From contig JAYWIR010000110.1 in NCBI GenBank assembly GCA_036172245.1, positions 62,001 to 126,000 on the forward strand: 64,000 nt of DNA, read 5' to 3'. Below are positions 22,861-33,876 of this stretch, piece by piece. The number at the start of each line of letters is the position of its first letter. The first letter of the stretch is position 1. Source of the stretch: Raillietiella orientalis (Eukaryota). A program made the translations under genes and the position numbers. Under the pieces are notes generated by a model, which was not told where the DNA came from, searched no databases, and was given only the letters and a program-made list of their open reading frames with translations.

Positions 22861-25417
22861 CGTGCCTCTTACCGCATTACAGGTCATCTTTCGCGATGCT
22901 GGGATCGCGTACTTGGTTTTTTGGATGCGGCCTGCATGCTACCGAGCGAGAGAGAAGATGATGTAGACTCCCAACCGCAAAGCCTATCATGGGAAGCAAT
23001 ATGGTGTTTTTTCTAATCCCCTATTTTCTGCTAGTGTTCTATCTCAGGTTAGTACTTCTTCGTCGCGAGCTCCGTTCCCCAGTGGCGGAACAAGCCATGG
23101 AATCGTCCTGTTTGCACGAGCGCCGTCCGCTCATCTTCTTCGTCCTCTGTTTGATGATCCGCTATTTAGTTTCGTCTGCAAACCCAAATTCTGGAGTTCA
23201 GTGAGTTTACGGATTTCAAAGTTGCCGGGCAATCTTGAGTGAAATTCATATGTTTATTAATAAGCAAATAAACTACAGGAATAAGCAAGCCTCAATATTT
23301 ATTAACAAGCTCATATCAGGAACATATTCAGGAATTTGCTTGGACTTATGCTTTGCGATTGCTAACAGATGAAGTTGTATTTGTGGTTTTTGTTCGTTGG
23401 GTACATCTCTAAACACATAGCAAAAGTAAGATAATATACTCATAGGATTCATCAATTTTGAACACATGCATTCATCGTGCGCTTGCGTTTCGGAAAGCAC
23501 CGTCATTCACCCAATACTTCAAAAATTTTTTCTACAGTTAATTCAGACGTAAGAATTCGTTAGACCAAATGGGAAGGGTTTTAGAAACTCGTTCCACGAC
23601 TTTCCCTTTTTTCTCGTTATTGCCACAGATTCTCCACAATACTGGCAAGTTGAAACAGTGTATACATGCGCTGGCTTCATAGACATTCTATTTACATGTT
23701 CCCATAAATGGCTTTTTATGAACAGCAACACAATTTAATGGAAGTACTTTGCACGTATCTTCGATGTTTCTAAACTTCCTATACGTGTTCTACATATGCT
23801 CATCATACTTAGTTGGTTGAGAAAATGTAAATTCTTTCATACGGGCACATGGATTGCTAATGAGCTCGAGTGGATTTGCGTCGACGCTGCCTATTTTGGT
23901 GTCGTCATGGAAAGGTTTTCTAAGGTCGTAACTAACACTGCTGCAAGGAAGATGCTCCCTCAGAAAAGAAGCTCGTTTCTAGAGCAGAGCGCATCCTACC
24001 ACAACTTTAGTACATTCCGATTGCAGATCCTCCGCAGTTCAGGAAAGCCATTTCTGTGCGATCGAAAAGATGTCTCTTGCCTCCAGGTTTGCTACGTCGC
24101 AAAGTGAATTGCAGAATCGAGATTTGGGGCGCCAAATAGAAATTTTAGATTTGGTTGCCTTAGGTATTGCGATCCGTGCAGTCCCACGCTACAGATATCT
24201 GCTGACTGCGTGGCCAGATTGCACAAGACGCAGCTGCTGGTGAAAATGGTGATGCTCTTCCTTGCCCTGTTACCCACTGGGATGTCACTCAATTTGGTGC
24301 GCATACGAGGTAGGAAACATTCGTTTATTTCTATCCCGATGTGGCCGCTTCTTCTCCTCTTCCCTAGCTTTTTTCTCTGCCCCATGGCAACGACGTGGTG
24401 CTCTTGGGGATCGTTGGCTTGCAAGTAGCGAAAGTGCATTTTCCGCGCTTGTTTGCTACCTACGTGCTGCGGTCGCGGACTGCTTCCGTAATAAAATCGA
24501 GAATGGCGCAGAGACAAGTCCTTTTGCGGAAAGTAGTGAGAGAGCAAATCTTTTTTATCCATGCTAGTTGCAGAAAATGAGCTACGGATACCAAGATTCT
24601 TATTTTCACAACATTCTTTTATTGCGTAACTTGAAAATGATGCAACCTATTACTTGCAGGAATATTATGCATACACCATATGTTTTAGCATTTGCCTTTT
24701 GAAAGCTGTTCGTGGCTGGGACGTGTTGTATATAGTTCTGCATCAATTGAAGCAAAATCATGGCAAGATGTCTGCCTATGTTTCTAGATTCACGTTATTT
24801 GTAGGGGGTTTCGGAGGAGACCAAAAATTTTCTTACATACGCTCATGAAACATGTGGAGAATTTGAAGAAACTTCTTTGGTGGATGATAGTTTTCCAAAG
24901 TTGATGAGCGGATCAAACCTTTAGGTTAAAATGGTGCAGCTGCACAGCTTGCAACGTGGCTTAACACGAGAATGAATTTCATTTAAGCAGGAGTCACGTT
25001 TTGTGTTTGGCCGTATGCAGATTTATCAGCTCAAACAGTCGAGGAACTCGTAACCGCTAACTTTCGAGAGGAACACCTCCGTTTGCCCGGTTCGCTTGGA
25101 GCACGAGTTTCAACTCCTTCCTATCTTAACTCTCAACATTGAAGGTTGCTTTCATAACGTCGTCGATAGGAAACTAGACAAGCAGGCTGAGCGATGCTTG
25201 AATCGAAGACAAAAGCTACTGCTGTGCGGCGGTGGCAATCCTTTAGGTGTGCTTTCTGAACTGAAACTGATGTGGCACACTTCTAAAAAAACCAATGTCC
25301 GGTGGAAATCCTTATCTTAATTTTCATTCTTGACGTGTTCATTCCGATCGTGTACGAATGGGAATACTAGGGATTGGGACATTCATTTCATTTGACGGGG
25401 TATCGAAAGTTACTGTG

Positions 25418-27772
25418 ACCGGTGGCATAATTCGTGGTGAGTCCGGTGCAGACTTATGCTGTTCCTGGACGTTCCATGGAGGCAATCCTGGTCCTTGCCA
25501 GTACATCGTGGCAGTTGCAACAACGTATATTACAGGAAGGTCAAGGGAATACTGAATTCTCCTCTGAGCTTGGAGGGCACGCCCCTTGATGGTAGAGCCG
25601 CTTCCGAATTCTTTGCGTTCGCAGTCGATCTGTTTAAAGGGTTTGTCTGTGTCGATCAGGAAGTCCTCCTAAAGCTCCTGGAACGATCGGTATTCTCTGC
25701 TGTCATCCGAGTTTACCTGCACTGCTGTTGATGCTTCGCTTTTCTGAACATCACTTTTATCTGACAGCACGTGTACGGCGTGCCGGTTCGTCGTGCCTTA
25801 TGCCAGGGTGACAGTCTGAGCCCATTGCTCTTCAGCATCTAATTCGAGCTGGTGCTGAGGACACATAGGGGGACTCTGGCCACCCTTCCGAGCTCGTCTT
25901 CTTTCACGCCTTCTGTGTGGGCCTATGCGGCGACCTTCTGCTCCTTCTTCCCGTGTCCAACCTGGCATCGGCGCTTGAAGGTTTCTTTGAGTTGCTGCTC
26001 CTCGGGAAGGGCTTCGAGGTAAACAGGGAAAAATCTTCAATTGTTCCAACATCACCACTGTTTTTTGACAATACGGCATGCTCCGTACGGCCGGACTGGA
26101 TCCGCTGGGATCCCCTCGGATAGGTGCTCGATGTACCTTAGCGTTGCGTTGCAGAAACCTCGTCCGACCGTCTCCAAAAGGTGGAGTTGCCAATTGACCA
26201 GTTCCAGAACAAGTTTTACTTACAGGAGCAGGGCGCGGTGTGGAACGCGTTCGCATCCCCGCTCCTTCGCCCTGTACTTTTTGTTTGCTCCGCTTCTCCC
26301 ATCATACAGAGACGGACCAAAGCCCTCTTGAGAACTGCCCTTTGGGGCACAACGAGGTCGCAAGTCCGATTGAAAGACTTGTGCGCTCTACGCAGGGACG
26401 TTGGTTTGGGCCTCATGACGATGAAGCGCATGCAACTACAAATTGCATTTCGGAAGCTATCCCTTGCGGCTAGCTTATGTTTGACGCCATGTCGCGAACC
26501 GACACGGCTCCTCTCCAGAAGAGGGACCGGCTGCGAGGGATTGTCCTTGATCCTCGTGACCTACCAGCGCAACTTCAGCAACAACTGGGGCTTCCAACTG
26601 CTCCAGATGGTCGCCCTGATGAGGGAGAATACCTGGATCTCCTGCCTCCCCGCGAAATGCATTGCCTGGATTTAGGAGTCAGTTTCCGCGTAGGCTAAGA
26701 TCAACGGCACGAGCGAGGCGGAATACAACTGCCTACGTTAAGGACCGTACACTGGACAGCCGCTGCAGGAGAATGTCAGCACGTCCCGGATGTTTCAGTG
26801 AGCTTCTTTCACCCCCCTTGCCCACCTTCTGTCCTCCATGAAAAACATGAGGAGCAGCAACGAGGGAGCTACGTGGGTAGTGTCCTACCTCATCCTAGGC
26901 AGGAGGAAGCCTTTATAGGCGTGAGCGATTAGGGAGTTAGCGGACCCTGCCACCCCGAGCGTCCCGCCTCACGGACTTGCGCGCTGGGGAGAGCTGCTCG
27001 CAATTCCTCCGCAGGAGGTGCAGTGGCCCCCAGCAAGTTGGGATTGCGGCACCCTTCCGTCAAAGTGGCAGGAGATGGCGTTGCTATTTCTGCACTGGGG
27101 ACTGTTAATCAGAGCACGCCTGTGACACCTGACTCGTAAGGAAGTGGATGCCCGATGCGTCGAGTGCGGTAAAAGGGAAACCTTCCCGCATCTCACCCTC
27201 GAGTGTGTCGCCATCGTTGGACTCTGGAGTAGAATGGCCCCAATCCTTCATTTTCCAGTAGGCGACCCTAAGGACATTTACCGTAGCTTCTTTCTGCGTG
27301 ACGGCCTGCGCCGTGCGGCGTCTCTAGCATTCCTCTGCTGTGTTCGCGGCATCGTGCAAAGGTGGCACGCGAGAAGAAGAAACCAAAGATGCAGGAACGC
27401 CATGCACTCGACGACGATCTCTTTGGAGAAGGCGAAAAGGTGGCGTCTACCATCCAGCATCAAAGCAGAACTTGTCAGCATGCTGTATAGGATGCAGAGG
27501 ACCGATCCAGGCGCCCAGTGATTCCTTCCCTGCCCCCCACTCCCCCATATAACTGTTTACCTACCCGTTATTTCTCCCTTTGTTTCCTTTTGTTACAGTT
27601 TTCCATTCCCCTGCGCCTCGGGAAAGGACCTAGCCGGTCTCGGCACCGGCTCCCGACACGTCTGCCAGCGTAGGAAAACCAAGTATTTTCCCACAGAAAG
27701 CTATTAACAGACTTTACTGACTAATTTTGTAGGAATTAGATTAATAAATGCCCCGGCATATCCGGGTGACAA
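25418..27772 (+). mobile_element. 5'-truncated, decayed L1/Tx1-like LINE (element B)
   Basis: Aligns to about 45205-47572 of element A: SP.QTYAVPGRSMEA, QGDSLSPLLFSI, VRLKDLCALRRDVGLGL, CVECGKRETFPHLTLEC. Ends AATAAATGCCCCGGCATATCCGGGTGACAAA. Confidence 0.92.
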
Positions 27773-27780
27773 ACACCATT

Positions 27781-27918
27781 GCATCGTCGTCGATCATGCT
27801 ATTTGCGGATAATGGTTTCCAATTTTCCAGCATTCAAGAAACACTTTTGCTCGAAGACGGACTGTGTTCTTTCTTGTCTGGCGTTCTAAACGCTTTTTGT
27901 TTTTGGAACGTTTTCTCG
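27781..27918 (+). repeat. Third diverged copy of a 140-bp segment also at about 5479-5615 and 21946-22085
   Basis: Shared GCATCGT.GTC.ATCAT...CAGCATTC.AGAAA...GACGGACTG.GTTCT...TTGTCT.GCGT...GAACGTTTT. Confidence 0.75.
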
Positions 27919-30329
27919 ATCCCTCAAGCTTCTCCTTTCGCTTCCATGAGGGAGAGAAATTGGCTAGATACAAGAAGAATTGGCCACATCGGGATAGTCA
28001 GAGGCGCGTGCACGCTTTGGCGCTGGTTAGAAACCCGGGCTAAAGTTGCACGGGAGCGACGTACGTACCATCATCCAAAGCCATTTCTGTTCCGAAGTTG
28101 AGGAACGCAGTTGCGTCGAGTATCCCTTCTTGAGGTATCTCTGACGTAGAAAACAAGAATGGAAGCCTGCAGCTTGCGTGTGTGGAGCAGGCGAATAATT
28201 GGGCTTCCTTGGAAACGGACGAATCCGCGTTTCTTTGCTTTTCCTGTTTCCACTAATTACTAGCTCCCAGCAGGTTGTGGTGGGTTGCGGGAAAAGGCAT
28301 CGGCGATCGTAATGCTTTCGCGAAAGGCCGGCGCCAGCAGCAAGAACAAGCAGGGAGACGCGATGCATCTGCTGCTAGGCATGCACTAGAACAAATAGGG
28401 AGCAGTCGCAACGTCACGTGGAACGCACGGGAGCCGTTCGACATGATGGCGAGGCGAGCGAGCTTCAGGCGAGTACCGCGGAATTGCTCGCGTGGCCACG
28501 AGTTCGCAAGGTTGAGGCGTGAGTTACAAACCATCTGCTTCAACTCCACATCGCTTCCGGTCACAGCTACAGTGAGGTCTCTCGAACAGCTGCTTTGCCC
28601 AACCCACTCGCAATTATGGAATCTCAGAACGTGGGGGCATTTCCCTGAATTTCGAGATGAAGCTTTTCGAGAACCTTCGCCTTGCCAGTGTTCCCTCTGG
28701 ATACTGGCTTCCAGGCCGCCTCCCTAGAGCGTTGACCCCTCTCGGCGTTCTTTCTGAAAGGTTGCCACCTGTGGATTCTGTTTCCCACCTGGCGGGAAAG
28801 TTCGCGCCGTACACGCGGGGAATCATACGGATTGGATTTGGGATGTAGCTTCAAAAGCTTGTTTGCATGTTCAAAAACAGAATCTCCCCAGGAATCTGAA
28901 TCTTCGCTAGAAGTCTTTTTATTGGTTGGACATTTCATGAATTGACAAAGAGGAATGGATTTGCGGCTTGAACATACATAATCGATTACATTGCGTACTT
29001 TGCAAAGCTTCCCAGAAAGGGAGAAGCAATGTGGTAATAAGAATACAGAATTCACAAATGAATTCAGAACATTCACTCTTGCATCTCCATAAGTACCTTT
29101 GGACCTATTCATTGAAGACATCTGGGATTAAAGGAGAAGAAAGACCGATAGGATGGAAGCACGAATGAAGAAACTTGAATGACATGAAGGCTATCGCAAA
29201 TTTTGAAACCCGTCTTCAATTGAAGTCAGCGAACGTGTGACATGACCGATGAGAAGTTTAACAAAGAAAAACGGTGGAGTTTCAAAAACCTGAAACAGAA
29301 CACGACACCTCTTTCGAATATATCTACCTGCAATTGTCAGTAACTGTAAAGGTTGGTAAATGGAAAACAGCATACAAAGAGCATTTCATTCTAACTGATT
29401 CTTAGGTTGACCTGTTCATCGGAAGAAAGAGAAATTCTAAACGAAAACACTGCCACAGAGCGAGTGGAATTTGGATCTCTATAAAGAGATCTCGAAAAAC
29501 GCCGACACCAAGGAAGCGTCTATTGACTGGACATTTAATTCGCTTGTAACTCCTGAAGATACTGGCTGGCAAGCAATGCAGAAAGGTAGCATGAAGAAAG
29601 AAAGTCAGCTGTTCCCCATCAAGCACGTGATTCATGAGCCGCAGCAGACATACTGAATTTCTCTTCTCCCACAGTTCCCTGCTGTTATGGGCTAGGAATC
29701 CTCTGACGACTCTTGATTTGATGATTTAACGAGCATGTGGTTTTTACACAGTTGTTCAACGCAAAAAGAACAGAAGATAAATATACAACCATGAAGTATC
29801 CCTAATGTCTACCTTTCTTTTTCTGGTTACGAACGCAAGGCATCTATGTAAGAGTTTCGAGAAGATAATAAGGATCACGGAGGTTTGGAAATTGTTCTTA
29901 ACCTTACAGGAAGAGAATAACATTACGTGCACCATCGAGTATAGCTGGGAAAGGCGGAAAGCCAGCTTAACTCTTAAGCGATGGAGCCGATCCTAGTGTA
30001 AAAGATAACAGAGGAGAGTCACTCTCACGTTCCACCAGTGGTCCTCGCAGTGTAGCTTCCTTCCTTTTTCAGGAGACAAGACCTGCATGGAGAAGAATAA
30101 CTACATCGAGAGACAATGAAGGATTGCCTGGGAGGGTTGAAGCAGGAAAATGAATAAAACACGCTGATTATGGACAGCTGTCTTCCGTTAATCACTCCTC
30201 CAAACAGTGAAGAGGAGAAAAGGGCAAAAGAAACTCTTGAGGAGATGGTCCAGAAGAAAATCTTGGAACCACTCCCAGATAGGGATCCCTGAGAACGAGG
30301 TTTCGTTTGTAAAAGGAAATCAGTGGGTT

Positions 30330-30688
30330 GGGAAGAAAAGTTGCCGACAACAAGAAACAAGAAACGAAGGGTAGGTGCGCGGCCACGAAGGGTGGGAAGA
30401 CGGAATGCCCAGAACGGACAGGGACAAGGCAGACACAAAAAAAAGAAACAAGGTATTTGTGAATGGGTATCTTTGGAATCGCTCTGCGTACACCGCGATC
30501 AGAAAGACAAGCATCGGCAAAGTGACGCAACGAATGCAGAAGGGGTAGCAAAGAGAAAATCAACAAAAAAGAGGAAGAAAGGAAACAAAAATCTCGGCTT
30601 TGGGTGCGAACGACCGATGGAAGCGCGCGCAGCAAGGCGCGTCCACACCGCAGGCGAGATCGCCGGCTCGCCCGCCAGAAGGTGGAAG
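30330..30688 (-). mobile_element. Possible 3' fragment of a related LINE (element G)
   Basis: Minus strand FWRASRRSR resembles the ORF2 C-terminal WTASRRGR of element A and is followed by pyrimidine/T-rich UTR-like sequence. Confidence 0.35.
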
Positions 30689-32095
30689 TTCTCACCCGGT
30701 CACGCTGGGACGTTTATTAATAAACACTTTACATTTGCGGTACTAGGCCCCGCTACGGCCAATAATAGTCCATTGTACCTAACAGGAAGCCGGTTCGCAG
30801 ACCGGCTTGACTATTCTCGGCAGCGGAAGGGATACGAGGTAAAACAAAAAGAAAAATAAATGAAACAAATAAAAAGAAACTATTCGAGGGGCCGGGAAGG
30901 GATCACATTCCGCTGGAGGAAAAGACCATCTTTTCCAAGATTCCCTCGAAGTCCCTCGTCATAGCTCCCAGATGGGACCAGCCGATCGTGATTCGCAGGT
31001 AGCAACCAGCGTGTACAATGGGGCCCCTATCGCTGCTTCCTCTGCTGGCTGCGCGGAGCGCAGCCAGAATCCCTCGAAGTTGGATGGGTTGCAGGCCATC
31101 CACACGTTGCCAGGGTGGTCATGCGTCCCAGAAGAAGTCCGCATCTTATTATTTGGCTGGGGCAGAGAAAAAAAGAAGCGAGTCGTTCAGCCCAAAACGC
31201 AAGTTGGCGAGTAGGCGGGCCGGAACGCACCAAGAGCTGCTCCAAATCTTCGCAGCGATGGCGAGGGTACGCCACCGCAGCTGTGTTTCCAAGCGCCCCA
31301 GAGTTAGGACGCTAAGACCTCCGTCCTGACGTGGATCGCACAAATTCTCCGGAGGCACACGAGGCCTCCCGCCGCCCCAAAGAGCGATGCGCAGGAGGTC
31401 TTCCGTTCTCTTTTCATCTCAAGGGAAACGGGCAAACCAAAAGCAATGGGAGAAGGAGGGGGGCCGCGAACACGTTCCACACGCGGCCTGTTTCAGCAAC
31501 TGAAACTTCCCTGCCTGGAACGGGCGGATAGCCGACTTCACTTTCTAGAGACGAACTGACCAGGCTTATGACTGGCACAATTCTCCCAACGTAACGCCGA
31601 GGTAGTTCCAGTACCTCTCCGTTGGGATTTCTAGGCGGACCCAATCAGGTCGTCCTTCCTACGTTGCAACAACCGCATACAGCGACGACGTCTTCCTGTT
31701 CACCCGTATTCCTATCCTGCGGCTCAGCAAGTCGAAGAAATCCTCGACTGCCGAAGCCGGGACGGACGTGGACAGCATGGATATCGTCAGCATACTCCGA
31801 CACGGCCGGCGTACCGAGGCACGAGTACGGCAAGGCAGCAAGAGTCAACCTGTACGCTTTCACCACCAACTCAAAGTAGATGCTGAATAGCAACGGGCTT
31901 AAGCTGTCGCCCTGTCTTATGGCTCAGCGCACGGCCACGCCGTACACACGGGAGCCACTGAAATTCAAGTAGATAAGCGCTTGGCGTCAGCAGGAGCGTT
32001 AGTACAGGAGGAGTTTGTTCGTAAGCGCATGAAGCTCCAGGAGCTCCAAAAGGAGTTCCTGGTTGACGCAGTCAAAAGCTTTCCGCCCGTTAGGA
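30689..32095 (-). mobile_element. Decayed 3' half of L1/Tx1-like LINE (element E)
   Basis: Minus strand AFDCVNQELLLE, IRQGDSLSPLLFSIYFELVVKAYRLTLAALP, EYADD, RVWNVFAAPLL. Ends TAATAAACGTCCCAGCGTGACCGGGTGAGAA. Confidence 0.88.
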
Positions 32096-32100
32096 CGGAC

Positions 32101-33212
32101 GTGTTTCCTCGGTGCTTCTCGTGCCAGGAACCGTCCCTAGGTGTAGGCTTCATGTGTGTTGGTGGTCGATCAGGCAACGATGCCTGACAAGACCACCAGT
32201 GCGTGTCAGGTGGCGGCATCCGCCCCCACAGAATCGGTCCCCGCTGCAGCGCGGGCGTGGAGCGCCGTCGTGTCGACGCCATCGCCTGTAGCCGCGGCGG
32301 AACTGTCTGCCTATGTGGAGGAGAGGTATAACCCCTCGCTTTTCTACAAGGTAGGCAGTCTATATTGTTCTGAGAGCGCGCGCCAATTCTCGAAAGGGAT
32401 GCGCGCTCTCAATGTACAGGAGGAGGAGCTCTGCGCTATGACCATCCGTAGCGGGAGCAGTACGTTGAGGTGATCTGCAAACACGCAGATTTGGCCCAAC
32501 GTCTGCTGAAAACCCCTGTGGTGATGGGGACACGCAGGCTCCTTCCGATTACGGTGGACCGCAGTATGGTGGTCCATCTTTTAGGAGTTACCGCGCGGAT
32601 GCGGAAAGAACACTTACGCTCCGCGTTGAGAGAACAAGGCATGGTCCATGCAGTGTGGAACAAGCCTAGTCCTTTCGAGAACTATACTAAAGTTCAATTC
32701 GGCCTCACAGCTGCACGTGTAACCATCCGCGAGGGCTCCATCATTCTCCACAAACTGGTTGTCAGCGGCGAAAGCGTCGACCTCTGGTACGTGGGGAAGT
32801 CCAAATACAGCGGCTTCTGCAACACGTCGAGATACCTCAAAAAAAGGTGCCCCAGCGTACAGTGCCAAGTATGCGGGACAATGAGCCACATGAAGGAGGT
32901 GTTCCCACAATCCGCTGAGCGCGTGGTACCCGCGAGGTACCAAAAAAAACGCACCCGGCTACTTCAAAAAAGGCAGGCGGCGAAAGCTACCGCTAAAGCT
33001 GTGCCACCCACGCCAATGACCCAGGCTGCAGCCGAGACCCCGGCAACAAACACTGAAAAGAACGAGAAAAGCGACCAGGAGACTAAATGGCAGGCAGCAA
33101 CAACGGAAAAAAAAACAAAAGTCGAACAAACACGACGACTTGGAAAAAAGCTCCCCTAACAAAATAAAAAACAGGAGGGTAGAGAGATTTTAAAGGAATG
33201 CAGCGTCGTCGT
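32101..33212 (+). mobile_element. 5' part (UTR plus ORF1) of L1/Tx1-like LINE (element D)
   Basis: ORF1 from ATG 32180 is homologous to element A ORF1 (AAELSAYVEERYNPSLFYKVG; VDLWYVGKSKYSGFCNTSRYLKKRCPSVQCQVCG). Frameshifted and cut at 33212. Confidence 0.88.
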
Positions 33213-33345
33213 TAATTACGCGGATGCACCGGGACGTTTATTAATAAAATCAAATCATCTGCGAACTGGGTTCCCAGAAAAGGGGAACAGGAGATGGGAA
33301 GGAAGGTTCCCGGCACGGAGGCCGGGTACACTGAGAGTTCAGAAC
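33213..33345 (-). mobile_element. Short 3'-terminal LINE fragment (element F)
   Basis: Minus strand pyrimidine-rich UTR ending TAATAAACGTCCCGGTGCATCCGCGTAA. Confidence 0.6.
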
Positions 33346-33876
33346 AGATGGGAGATGACCATAAATTCCGACACTGATTACCATGAAAACAATACAGAGT
33401 CCACAATGCCCCACCCTAATGAAATCTCGGACTACTCTTGAGGTTCCTCTGAACCCAGGAAATCGGAAACCTGTGGGGCTATCCATGAAGGGAACTTACT
33501 TTTCAGAGCGAATGGATGCGTCAAGACGAAACGGTACAGTGCAATGGTGAAATCTGCTAATTTCGAATTGACTACAAACCACCAAATGTTGCAAATTTGG
33601 ACAGCACTGTGAAACAAAATGAAGGAAAACGTTGCATTTTTAATTCCGACACTGGTAACCATGGAAAGAATACAGAGTGCACATTGTTCGACCCTAATGA
33701 AATCTCGGGAGTCCTCTTGAGGTTCTTCTAAACCCAGGAAGTTGGAAACCTGTGGCACTATTCATGAGGGGAATATGCCTATCAGTGCAAATGCATGCGT
33801 CAGGAAGAGACGGAACAATACAATGGTGAAATCTGCTGATTTCGATTTGACTACAAACCAACGAAAGCTGCAAATA
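33345..33876 (-). repeat. About two diverged monomers of the 278-bp satellite, inverted relative to 53173-64000
   Basis: AATTCCGACACTG(A/G)T(T/A)ACCATG at 33364 and 33642 (period 278). CCCTAATGAAA and GGTGAAATCTGCT are reverse complements of the satellite motifs. Confidence 0.9.

Larger units (their letters stand above)
15365..25408 (+). repeat. Segmental duplication copy 2 (probably extends left to at least 14491)
   Basis: Colinear with 1-8960, with extra segments 16351-16690 and 19263-20046. Confidence 0.95.
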
